Part shown: one piece after another, positions 1 through 8,263 of the stretch
Position numbering within the stretch: the first letter of the stretch is position 1
Layout: every line of letters begins with the position of its first letter
From: a virus
Taxonomy: Duplodnaviria > Caudoviricetes
Reading direction: 5' to 3' (one strand)
Virus record (IMG/VR): IMGVR_UViG_3300046318_000318
Length of the DNA stretch: 64,000 nt
The notes under the pieces: model-generated
Seen by the model: only the letters and a program-made list of their open reading frames with translations
Told to the model about the DNA's origin: nothing
Database searches by the model: none
Position numbers and translations under genes: made by a program

Positions 1-234
1 TAATTCATCAGCTATCTTGAGATTGTTCTCAAGACTCACGCCTGTATGTTTAAAGTTAGGTAACTGAATGACCAAAAAAGCTTTACCAGATTCCAAGTTC
101 TTCATGAACTCGTCAAACTGCTTGTCATTCATCTTACCGAACACAGCTTTGTAGACGTCAGAATTACCTGACTTAGGTGCTATCTTTTCTATGTAAGACA
201 GTATGACTGCCTCGGCTTCTTTTCTTTTGGCCAT
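1..234 (-). CDS. Virion RNA polymerase beta-subunit fragment (phiKZ gp149-like), N-terminal part; runs off the window edge
   Basis: Hand translation from ATG at 234 gives MAKRKEAEAVILSYIEKIAPKSGNSDVYKAVFGKMNDKQFDEFMKNLESG..., open to position 1. The N-terminus and its position next to uvsX match my recollection of gp149-like proteins. Not in the ORF track. Confidence 0.7.
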   Translation of the reverse strand, partial: MAKRKEAEAVILSYIEKIAPKSGNSDVYKAVFGKMNDKQFDEFMKNLESGKAFLVIQLPNFKHTGVSLENNLKIADEL

Positions 235-244
235 TCTCCACACC

Positions 245-574
245 TCAAATAGGTTTAGGTAGATTGTGCTGAATCATGAAGGGTACGACCTTAGACCTAA
301 ATAAAGTCAGCCAGTCAGACACATCTCCATTAGGAATCAAACAGAATCTTTCTTCTGTAGAGTCTACAGGAGCCATAATTAACTGCATGCTGAAATAACG
401 ATTCAGTTGAAAGCGTTGTACAGAGGAGCATTTGTCAGAAGCTTCTGTTACAAAACGATTTGTGTCATAGGCATCTAATGATTGACCAAGCCCATTGGAG
501 ATAAGTATCTGTCTGACTTCAGCCACCAGATCTATTTCACCTTTTTCTCTGGGTTTAAAATAATCTTGACTCAT
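245..574 (-). CDS. Conserved jumbo-phage hypothetical protein (likely start MSQDY at 574)
   Basis: ORF 245..628; co-oriented between uvsX and the vRNAP gene; AGG-type SD spacing suits the downstream gene. Confidence 0.7.
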   Translation of the reverse strand: MSQDYFKPREKGEIDLVAEVRQILISNGLGQSLDAYDTNRFVTEASDKCSSVQRFQLNRYFSMQLIMAPVDSTEERFCLIPNGDVSDWLTLFRSKVVPFMIQHNLPKPI

Positions 575-636
575 GATGTTTGTTCTTTTCAGTAAATGAG
601 AACATGAGTGACCACTCAGGTCACTCATGTTTTATG

Positions 637-2046
637 TTAGGTTAACCAATAGGGTTTATATTCACCCTTGCGCATTCTGAGCAAATCCATGGTACTCAAA
701 AACTTCAGTGGGTGGGTTTCGTTATTCACGGTCCACCAACCACGGGTTTGTGACAGGATCATATCCCAATCATAACCCAGCTCTTTTAAATCTTTATAGA
801 GTTCTGCTGGTGTGCAGAAGTATTCAGATTGAGCTTTAAAGTATTCTTGTATCTGGCAAAGCTCAGAAGTGATATTCATGGCTCGTCGGAGTTTCAAATC
901 TTTATCCAACTTACCACGAACCGTAGTTCTAGACAACTTACACTCAGGATAAATATCCAAAGCATAGTTCTGCAAAGATCCGTTTAGACCAAAACGTCCA
1001 GAGTCTTTAATGTAATTGAACTCGGTCAACCCAGGCAATACACCTTCGGTCTGACTAACGATGATTTCAATGGTATTTCCTGACGGGCCTGACTTGGATC
1101 TCAACTGTTTCAAACTGACCAAATTAAGATCAAGATCACCAGCTGCGTTATTGTCACTAGATTTAGGGTATTCAGGTCCTTTTGTACCTTGGTTAACTAG
1201 AGGCGTAACTGAGTTAGCCATCCAGAAATTGTTAGTCAAAAAGAAAAACTGATCTGTGACACCTTTGATCTTTTCACCCATCTTCATATGCTGAAGTTTC
1301 TTAGGTGGTGGTGCGGCATATGGACCAGATGCAATGGCTGTGTCTTGACCAAGATGGGCTGATAACAACATGAAATGGTTGTGTGTGCCTGCTAGACCAG
1401 GCACTTCCATCAGGAAGCGCATCTTAGCTAGACCTTGGCGCATGTGGATGGTGTTACCACCCGACTCACCCAGGGCATTCTCATCCTGCATTCTGGCTAC
1501 ATCTTCAGTCTCAAACCTACTAAAACTATCCACTTCAGAAAAGGTAGGGATGATAGTCTTCATTAATGTTTTACCATCTCTCTCCATGAAAGGGGTTTCG
1601 TACATGATAGAACTATCACCTTGTTTCTTATTCTCTTTCAAATAAGACTTCAGCTTCTCATACCAATCATTACCATGGTAAACAGTACGGTCAGTAATAA
1701 CCCAGGTGCCATCTGTAATGATATCTTTATTAGCAAAGGAAGTGAATTGATTTGTCAGCTGTCGAAGACGTTCTTCGTGAATGTTGATTTCTGTGTCATA
1801 AGTAGACATAGAAGTTTCAGCTGCAGACATTAGTCGATCAGCTGCCGACAACATCATGTAATGCATGATGGTGGATTTGAACATGTTGCCACGTCCTGTG
1901 ATGCCTGTCAAAGCACCTAATCCACCTAATAGAATACTCTCTCCGTGTTTACCCTTGACATAGAAACCTGTAGGTATATCCAGACAAGCTCCGATGTTGA
2001 GCATGATCTTGACACTGGGAGCTGGTTGAAAACCTTGTTTGATCAT
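637..2046 (-). CDS. uvsX: UvsX/RecA-like recombinase (phiKZ gp152-like)
   Basis: Walker A GITGRGNMFKST, VDSFS Walker B region, 469 aa, synteny with RNase H. Confidence 0.85.
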   Translation of the reverse strand: MIKQGFQPAPSVKIMLNIGACLDIPTGFYVKGKHGESILLGGLGALTGITGRGNMFKSTIMHYMMLSAADRLMSAAETSMSTYDTEINIHEERLRQLTNQFTSFANKDIITDGTWVITDRTVYHGNDWYEKLKSYLKENKKQGDSSIMYETPFMERDGKTLMKTIIPTFSEVDSFSRFETEDVARMQDENALGESGGNTIHMRQGLAKMRFLMEVPGLAGTHNHFMLLSAHLGQDTAIASGPYAAPPPKKLQHMKMGEKIKGVTDQFFFLTNNFWMANSVTPLVNQGTKGPEYPKSSDNNAAGDLDLNLVSLKQLRSKSGPSGNTIEIIVSQTEGVLPGLTEFNYIKDSGRFGLNGSLQNYALDIYPECKLSRTTVRGKLDKDLKLRRAMNITSELCQIQEYFKAQSEYFCTPAELYKDLKELGYDWDMILSQTRGWWTVNNETHPLKFLSTMDLLRMRKGEYKPYWLT

Positions 2047-2151
2047 AATTATTCCTTGAGGGACGTAGCGGGTTTACGCTGCACATAGTATGGAAACTCG
2101 TGCTAGTTTTTTCATTTGCTTTCTAGCGCTCAACTTACAAGGTAGTTATCA

Positions 2152-3006
2152 ATGAATCTCAATATAGAAGCTCCGGTACAGAGCCTGGAACAAATGGCCC
2201 AGGTTATCACTCTTGAATCTTCATTTATAGACAATGCGATCTTTCGCATCAATGAATTCTTTCCTAAACTAAGTAACCAACTTAGCGATACCGTTTCAGG
2301 TTTTACTGGTGAACGTTTCGGTGGATATGACACACCTAAAATTACAGCGTTCCAAGCACAACGTGATTTTAAAGTTATCTCGAAACGTGTTCAATCTCAT
2401 AATTTCCTGGACTTTCAAGATATTCTTGTTCAAGTACCAGAAGGCTTTGATGGTAACCTCATAGATTACCTTCGGCTATTAGACCGCATCCACCTCGATG
2501 TTTTTAAAGAAACCCTTGAAGTAATAGGAGATTACAACATTGTTCTCTCATCTTTTATCACAAATAAAGAAGATAAAACGTCGCTTCGTGTGCATACTCA
2601 AGTTTATACGAGAGCCGATGCAAAAAGACAGCAAGTTCTAAAAGACATAGCTGGCTTCTTCAAACACGATAGTGATCTGTCTCGTCTTCCTCTGCGCAAA
2701 GTGATCGCTCGCTTTGCTGATATGGAACAGCTGACCGATGCAGCTGTGGATCTTACTAAAGATAACCATATTAAAAATCTTGAGAAAGTTAAAGCTGCTG
2801 TTAATGAAACAGTTATTTATCTTGACAAGATCATGGCTAATAAAGAAACAAGTGAAGTGTCTGGCTATGCAGCTAAGCAACTTGCTGAGAGTGCTATGTC
2901 GGTGGCGCGCTTGGTGGAGACTTGTTCTGTTTATGCTTTCAAAACCAGACAAGCTATCGAATGCACCAGATCTCTGGTGGACACAATCGATAAAGTAACA
3001 AAGTAA
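2152..3006 (+). CDS. Virion head protein (phiKZ gp153-like)
   Basis: 284 aa, divergent from uvsX; N-terminal ITLES resembles a prohead-protease S/A/G-x-E type site. Confidence 0.6.
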   Translation: MNLNIEAPVQSLEQMAQVITLESSFIDNAIFRINEFFPKLSNQLSDTVSGFTGERFGGYDTPKITAFQAQRDFKVISKRVQSHNFLDFQDILVQVPEGFDGNLIDYLRLLDRIHLDVFKETLEVIGDYNIVLSSFITNKEDKTSLRVHTQVYTRADAKRQQVLKDIAGFFKHDSDLSRLPLRKVIARFADMEQLTDAAVDLTKDNHIKNLEKVKAAVNETVIYLDKIMANKETSEVSGYAAKQLAESAMSVARLVETCSVYAFKTRQAIECTRSLVDTIDKVTK

Positions 3007-3010
3007 AGAA

Positions 3011-3048
3011 ATAAGATACTACAGGACCTGATGGTCCTGTAGTATCTT
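3011..3048. terminator. Bidirectional intrinsic terminator
   Basis: aagatactacaggacc-tgat-ggtcctgtagtatctt inverted repeat between convergent genes. Confidence 0.75.
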
Positions 3049-3061
3049 AAATGCTTTTTTG

Positions 3062-3508
3062 TTAAGCTGCACTCAGTTCAGGTAAACTCCGAACCAATTT
3101 CTTGATATCATAGCGCATGACATCTTCATTGGCATACTTGATCCACTGCGGTGTGGTTTCAATCAAGTGTCGAGCCATGCTGTCTAGATCAGAAGCTGTG
3201 TAGTTACCGCTTTTGAATTGATCTAGATTAAAGCTTTTACCATGATAGGTAAAACTTTTCTCATGGGCAAATTCTTTCCACAGCACTTCTTTAACAAACA
3301 TGGTGTCTGTCACTGCGGAAGGATTCTTACCCAATTGAAAAATGTCATTGAGTTTTCTAGCCAAAGCCTGATCGGACGTGGGTTGCACATCTATCACAGA
3401 AAGAAGACTGGAGATATACATCAGTCTCTTAAACATACCGGGAAGTATAAAACCGACGGCTGATTGTACTTTGTCTGAAAATCGCTCCATCATTGTAGTT
3501 GTTAACAT
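3062..3508 (-). CDS. Conserved hypothetical protein (gp154-like position)
   Basis: 148-aa ORF in operon with RNase H. Confidence 0.65.
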   Translation of the reverse strand: MLTTTMMERFSDKVQSAVGFILPGMFKRLMYISSLLSVIDVQPTSDQALARKLNDIFQLGKNPSAVTDTMFVKEVLWKEFAHEKSFTYHGKSFNLDQFKSGNYTASDLDSMARHLIETTPQWIKYANEDVMRYDIKKLVRSLPELSAA

Positions 3509-3522
3509 GATAAACGAACGAG

Positions 3523-4995
3523 TTAGTTAAGAAAAATTCTATCGGCAAAATAGTTAGACCATATACCGATACCAGAGTTACATTCTATTACAAATGCATA
3601 GCGAAGAGTTCTTTCTGAGTCTCTCCAAGAGATTAAAAAAATCTTAGGAGAATGATCCTCTAGCTTTTTAAGGTTATTCCGGGGTGGAATGTCCAGACCG
3701 AATAACACAGGTAGGTCTATCTTGTCAGTTCTTTCCTTGTAGGTGACAGAGATAGACAGCTTAATGTTTTTCAGAGCTGAAGTATATTCAGGTTTAAGAA
3801 CATGTTGAGTGATGGACTCCTTTTTTACAAGTTTAGATTCCAAGTCATAGAATGTACTTGTAACATCATGGATCTGAAAACCGTTGTGATTATCAGGCAC
3901 ATCACAGCCTGTTTTAGAGTAAGTTTGAAACTTAATCAACATATCCTCAAGGAAGTTGAAAGTCTCGATTGCTCTCATAGACAGGTTAGTTGGATTCAAC
4001 TCTACGGTAACTGATTGGTTATCTAGGAAGTTTAACCCCTTGGACTTCCTATCACCAAGTAAACAATACTTACCATGTTTCTCTAGATAAGGATAGACTT
4101 CTTTGCTATATACCCGATCTAGCTTCATCATCACTATAGAGTTGTGATTATTGGCATGATCAATTTGTTTGGCTTTGACATCCTCAATGACTTTTTCAGG
4201 TTCATAAAGTCTGACCACGGCAAAACCAGTTTCAGGTATGCGCTTACCAATGATGAAATCACCCACGCCTTTACCTGGCTCAGCTTGGAAGTAGCTGCCA
4301 GCTATGTTATACTCTTGGGTGGTGTTGAAATAAACTCTTTTGAAGTTCAGGAAAGGATGGCGCTCTACTGAAGATTTCCAATAGCCTTTAGGATCACTGT
4401 AGGTATAATGATCCTTACAGAGATTATCGGTAGAGTAATTCATACCGATCACAGCCAAGGCATCTGCTCTGGTATTACCCATGTCGTTGTTATGACCTCT
4501 GACCCACTCAATCGTGATCTCTTGACCTATAGATAGAAGTTGTTTATAGTAAGCATAGACTTCCATCCAGATGTCTGCGTTAACTACAGGCAATCCATCT
4601 TGCTTAATCCAGTTGTTTCTTTCCCAACCTTTACACCACTCAGTCAAACCTTTCTTGACATATTCACTATCTGTGAGAAAATGAATAGACTTGGGTTTAT
4701 GCTGTTGCAGTTCTTTGAGTGTGGACAGAAAAGCAAAGACCTCAGCTCGGTTGTTGGTTCCGTCCACAGCTGAAGTGCCAATGAAGTCTATAAACTGTGT
4801 GGGGGATACTTCGACGATGTCGTCTTTAAGCTGTTTTTTATAGCCTTTGTTGGTGAGAAGGTACCCACCATCTAACTTAACAGAAGGTTTACCTTCTAAA
4901 CTAAACAGATAGCCGTGGGTGCCGAATCCTATTTTACCTGGATTAGGTCTGGCAGAACCGTCGATGTAAACCACGGCATTGATTTGTGTGTCCAT
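3523..4995 (-). CDS. rnhA: Ribonuclease HI with long C-terminal extension (phiKZ gp155-like)
   Basis: YIDGSARPNPG, TNNRAE, TDSEYV, WVRGH, NTRADALA catalytic motifs. Confidence 0.9.
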   Translation of the reverse strand: MDTQINAVVYIDGSARPNPGKIGFGTHGYLFSLEGKPSVKLDGGYLLTNKGYKKQLKDDIVEVSPTQFIDFIGTSAVDGTNNRAEVFAFLSTLKELQQHKPKSIHFLTDSEYVKKGLTEWCKGWERNNWIKQDGLPVVNADIWMEVYAYYKQLLSIGQEITIEWVRGHNNDMGNTRADALAVIGMNYSTDNLCKDHYTYSDPKGYWKSSVERHPFLNFKRVYFNTTQEYNIAGSYFQAEPGKGVGDFIIGKRIPETGFAVVRLYEPEKVIEDVKAKQIDHANNHNSIVMMKLDRVYSKEVYPYLEKHGKYCLLGDRKSKGLNFLDNQSVTVELNPTNLSMRAIETFNFLEDMLIKFQTYSKTGCDVPDNHNGFQIHDVTSTFYDLESKLVKKESITQHVLKPEYTSALKNIKLSISVTYKERTDKIDLPVLFGLDIPPRNNLKKLEDHSPKIFLISWRDSERTLRYAFVIECNSGIGIWSNYFADRIFLN

Positions 4996-5031
4996 ACAGC
5001 TCTCTTTTAAATAACAAGTCAGTTGATAAAT

Positions 5032-5427
5032 CTACTTGCTACTTTTTAGATTGACGACGTCATTGATCATATCTTCAGGTTGTCGTCGCTTAAGCTTTCC
5101 GCAAACGATCTCATAGGCTCGTTCATTGACTCTACAGTTCTCAAGATCTTTCTTATCTAGCTCTATAGTCAGCTGTTTGGAAACTAAGTCTTTATTCAGT
5201 AAAGCTATTTCTTTTCTCTGCTTCATAACAGTGACACCAGTGGAGACTGAATTATATATTAGCAAAGCACCAAAGGTAAGTACACTGACTATGATAATTA
5301 ATATGATAGCAAGCCAGATGTTGAACTTCTTGCTGAAAGGGTCTAGCTCCCCTTTTTTAACATTAAAGCCTATTTTAAAACTGGTATAGACCACCTTGAT
5401 GATGGTCTTTAATGGTTTTAGCTCCAT
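5032..5427 (-). CDS. Single-pass membrane protein with coiled coil
   Basis: Hydrophobic IWLAIILIIIVSVLTFGALLIY followed by a heptad region. Confidence 0.65.
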   Translation of the reverse strand: MELKPLKTIIKVVYTSFKIGFNVKKGELDPFSKKFNIWLAIILIIIVSVLTFGALLIYNSVSTGVTVMKQRKEIALLNKDLVSKQLTIELDKKDLENCRVNERAYEIVCGKLKRRQPEDMINDVVNLKSSK

Positions 5428-5453
5428 TTTTTTCTTTCAGGTAAAGACACGAT

Positions 5454-6767
5454 ATGAACTTAATCAAAGGCTTCGTTAACATAAACAGTTATGTTAACAA
5501 CACTCAGGGACAGGTAGCACCCTTAGGTGAACTCAGCACATGGTCAGAAACTTATAGCAGGGAAAAAGGAGAGTACTCTGACCCTGCTTATAACAATCTG
5601 AAATTAACGACTTTCAAATCTATTAAGATATCAGACAAAACACATTATGTTTTACCTGCGATACAGGTAAAACATATTTTGGATGTTGTTTCCACATGTT
5701 TGAATTACTCGACTAACCACATACAGCCTTTTGATTCAAACGATTTCCGAAACACAGTCATCTCTGCTCATAACGATAAGATCGCTGGATTAAACTTTGG
5801 ACCGTTTGTTTCTAACGGGCCCGTGGCTATGCCTCAGTGGTTATCATGGGTGGATCTAGCTACTACTAACGATGAGATCAAGATTTGGTTGTCAGATGCT
5901 TCTTTCAGAGATCAATACGATGAATATGAAATAGAAGTCATACCACCTGTTACTGATTTGAATGTTCTGTTTGGTTTCTATGCTCCTGCTGCCGCAGCCA
6001 TAGCCACCAACACAGTAGCCACGATCTATGAAAGAATAGATGCTATTAAGAATGGCGATCCTGAAACTTTTATCAGAATATTGCCTTTTGAATATAGCAA
6101 CAGTACAAACCCTACACAAAAAATAGTCACCAATTGGTCTGTGGTTATTTATGGTAAGGCTGGGGATCATATCGATGCTATCAAAGAAGCTGTTACAGCT
6201 TATGTATTAGCTAACTCTACCAGATCTATAACCGATTGGGAAAATATTCTACCTGAACTGTTTAGAAGAACAGAGTTCATAATGGTGCCTCTGTGGCATA
6301 AGAAGTCTATACCTAACTTGACAGATCTGTCAGCTTTGTATAGCAGCATCATTAAGTTCACAGAGATAAAAGCTTTCTTAGAGACTATGTACCCTATCAC
6401 GGTATATCCTTCTAACTACATAGCTGATAATCTGTCTATCATGCCTTATGATTATAAAGGTATAAGCTTAGCTGTGTTCCCAGGCATAACTAACATCTTA
6501 GGCAGACGCAGTCTGGTAGAACTCTTTCCTGACTATATAGCTGTGCCTAGTACGTCTTTAGACTTCGCTCGTATGTCTATCAAGACTTCTGAATTCGCTA
6601 TACTGTTAGGTAAGTTACTGGTAGCTGCTGAAAGTACATCTGTGTACGCATCTCTACCTAATAACTTCAGACGCATCACCAGAAATGGTAAGTTGTATAT
6701 CTCTACTGTGTATGATAACATCAACTACATGGTAGCTACAGCTTCTAACACAGACTTTACATCATGA
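5454..6767 (+). CDS. Conserved virion structural protein (phiKZ gp157-like)
   Basis: 437-aa ORF, GQVAPLGELSTWSETY motif, synteny. Confidence 0.6.
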   Translation: MNLIKGFVNINSYVNNTQGQVAPLGELSTWSETYSREKGEYSDPAYNNLKLTTFKSIKISDKTHYVLPAIQVKHILDVVSTCLNYSTNHIQPFDSNDFRNTVISAHNDKIAGLNFGPFVSNGPVAMPQWLSWVDLATTNDEIKIWLSDASFRDQYDEYEIEVIPPVTDLNVLFGFYAPAAAAIATNTVATIYERIDAIKNGDPETFIRILPFEYSNSTNPTQKIVTNWSVVIYGKAGDHIDAIKEAVTAYVLANSTRSITDWENILPELFRRTEFIMVPLWHKKSIPNLTDLSALYSSIIKFTEIKAFLETMYPITVYPSNYIADNLSIMPYDYKGISLAVFPGITNILGRRSLVELFPDYIAVPSTSLDFARMSIKTSEFAILLGKLLVAAESTSVYASLPNNFRRITRNGKLYISTVYDNINYMVATASNTDFTS

Positions 6768-7384
6768 GTGATAATGTACTACCCACGATAGGATCTTCTG
6801 GCTCGTATAAACTTTTAGCTCCTTTTGATACTCTTATCACAGAAGGTGAAAGATATACGTGTCAAGGTATCAGATCCTTAAATGACTATTTGGCTAATAA
6901 CGAAGATCCTTATAAGGATATCTACGTTAAATACCGGATACCAGATGCTGACTATGAACTCGATCTGCAAAACAACATGCATATCGTTTCTCTACAGTCT
7001 GATATAGGACATTGGTTATATGTGCCTGCTAGGTACATTTCTACCTACCCTATGGTAAATGGCATACCTTACAGGTCATATGTACTTACTGCTTCTCTAC
7101 CTTCTTTTCCTGTAGACAGAGATCTGAGCTTCTTACAAACAGAAGTGCGTAATCTGTGTATGGATACTCTGGGTGTAGTACCTACAGTTAAGTTTGTAGA
7201 AAGCAGCCGTGTGGTGTTAGTGTCCTCTGGTAAGCATGATACGCTGACTACTGCTAGAGCCGGTGTATCTCAAGGTAGAGGTACTGATAGAGCGAGATAC
7301 ATGGAACTGTTATACAGACATGATCAGGCTTTGACTAAGATAGCTGAGCTAGAAGCTTATATCAAAAGAAGACTGAGTATTTAA
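6764..7384 (+). CDS. Conserved hypothetical/virion protein
   Basis: 206 aa, ATGA overlap with the upstream gene. Confidence 0.65.
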   Translation: MSDNVLPTIGSSGSYKLLAPFDTLITEGERYTCQGIRSLNDYLANNEDPYKDIYVKYRIPDADYELDLQNNMHIVSLQSDIGHWLYVPARYISTYPMVNGIPYRSYVLTASLPSFPVDRDLSFLQTEVRNLCMDTLGVVPTVKFVESSRVVLVSSGKHDTLTTARAGVSQGRGTDRARYMELLYRHDQALTKIAELEAYIKRRLSI

Positions 7385-7390
7385 AAAAGC

Positions 7391-7437
7391 AAAAAAAAAA
7401 ATCATCCCCGGCCTGTGAAGGCTAGGGGGATGATTTT
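7391..7437 (-). terminator. Cassette terminator T1 (divergent member of the repeat family)
   Basis: A10-atcatccccggcctgtgaaggctagggggatgattttt, abutting the stop codon of ORF 7437..7760. Confidence 0.85.
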
Positions 7438-7760
7438 TACTTTCCAGCAGGACAATGACCTGTAAAGTCCAGTTCATAACCTTTGCCGGGGGTAATATTC
7501 ACTGTTGGATATCTCCATCCAACAGCGCGACCATAGTGGTCGCGAAAGAAGACATGTGCCCCCAGCTGTCGCTGGGTGTTGTATCGGGTCCACTCCGACC
7601 TGTCGATCAGGTAGACGTCGGCCGTCCCGCCATCGGGGAGTGATAAGCTACACTCCCCGCTACCGTCGTCAACCCCACCCCAATCTTCGCCGTCGTCCCA
7701 CTCCTCGGCAAATGACGAGAAGAATGGAACTGTAATTTTTATGTTAGAATTTGCGTACAT
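7437..7760 (-). CDS. Cassette 1 cargo: acidic hypothetical protein
   Basis: 107 aa, GC-richer than flanks, strong AGGAG SD, preceded by a structured leader. Confidence 0.75.
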   Translation of the reverse strand: MYANSNIKITVPFFSSFAEEWDDGEDWGGVDDGSGECSLSLPDGGTADVYLIDRSEWTRYNTQRQLGAHVFFRDHYGRAVGWRYPTVNITPGKGYELDFTGHCPAGK

Positions 7761-7810
7761 GACTATCTCCTGTTAACCTGTATTCACGATATGCGAACTT
7801 GAACAGGCTA
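7761..7810 (-). promoter_or_regulatory. Internal copy of the structured leader (no promoter motif upstream)
   Basis: Transcript AGCCUG-UUCAA-GUUCGC-AUAUC-GUGAAU-A-CAGGUU-AACAGGAG; same two-stem, 5x1 loop architecture as the cassette leaders. Confidence 0.65.
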
Positions 7811-7896
7811 ATAATCCCTTTTTGCTGGCCAAGCGTCAGGGCAGGTTTTGGCCCAACTATTTATTTAAAGAGGTTAGTTGTCAACCTCTTGGGAAG

Positions 7897-7983
7897 TCAG
7901 CGACGTGTCGTCACTGCTTCCCAAATGATGAAAGGCGTTGTGATCGCCGCAAAGGCGATCACTGCAATGTCAATCATATCCAT
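7897..7983 (-). CDS. Cassette 1 first cargo: 28-aa hydrophobic peptide MDMIDIAVIAFAAITTPFIIWEAVTTRR
   Basis: ATG at the same SD spacing (GAGGAG-TACATT-ATG) as in the other cassettes; below the ORF-track cutoff. Confidence 0.65.
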   Translation of the reverse strand: MDMIDIAVIAFAAITTPFIIWEAVTTRR

Positions 7984-8078
7984 AATGTACTCCTCAGCTG
8001 ATAGCTAGATCAAAAACAATCTATTAAACTACAGCTATACATCAAGTTAAGTATATATGACTGAAATCTTTTACAAGG
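7984..8078 (-). promoter_or_regulatory. Cassette 1 putative early promoter + structured leader + SD
   Basis: CTTGTAAAAGATTTCAGTCATATATACTTAACTTGA...AGCTGTAG-TTTAA-TAGATT..GATCTA-G-CTATCAGCT-GAGGAG; near-identical to 11971..12064. Confidence 0.85.
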
Positions 8079-8252
8079 TCAAGAAAGCACTCTAGCTTCT
8101 CTCACAGAAGATATCATCCTATACCCACCCATGCGCAAAGGTTTGGTAGGTTCTGTATAGATCTCCAGAACTTTATCTTCCTTCTTGGCCTGCTCGATAA
8201 GCTCACTCACCACTTTTTCAAACTCTTCACGGGTCTTGATATTTTCAAACAT
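8079..8252 (-). CDS. Small hypothetical protein (57 aa, MFENIKTREEFEKVV...)
   Basis: Hand-translated ORF directly downstream of sbcC with an AAGGAAAG SD. Confidence 0.55.
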   Translation of the reverse strand: MFENIKTREEFEKVVSELIEQAKKEDKVLEIYTEPTKPLRMGGYRMISSVREARVLS

Positions 8253-8263
8253 GATTCTTTCCT

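Noticed and set aside
7799-8008. Track ORF of 69 aa starting inside the cassette leader
   Set aside because: Starts within the structured leader without an SD; the SD-supported start at 7983 gives a different 28-aa ORF.
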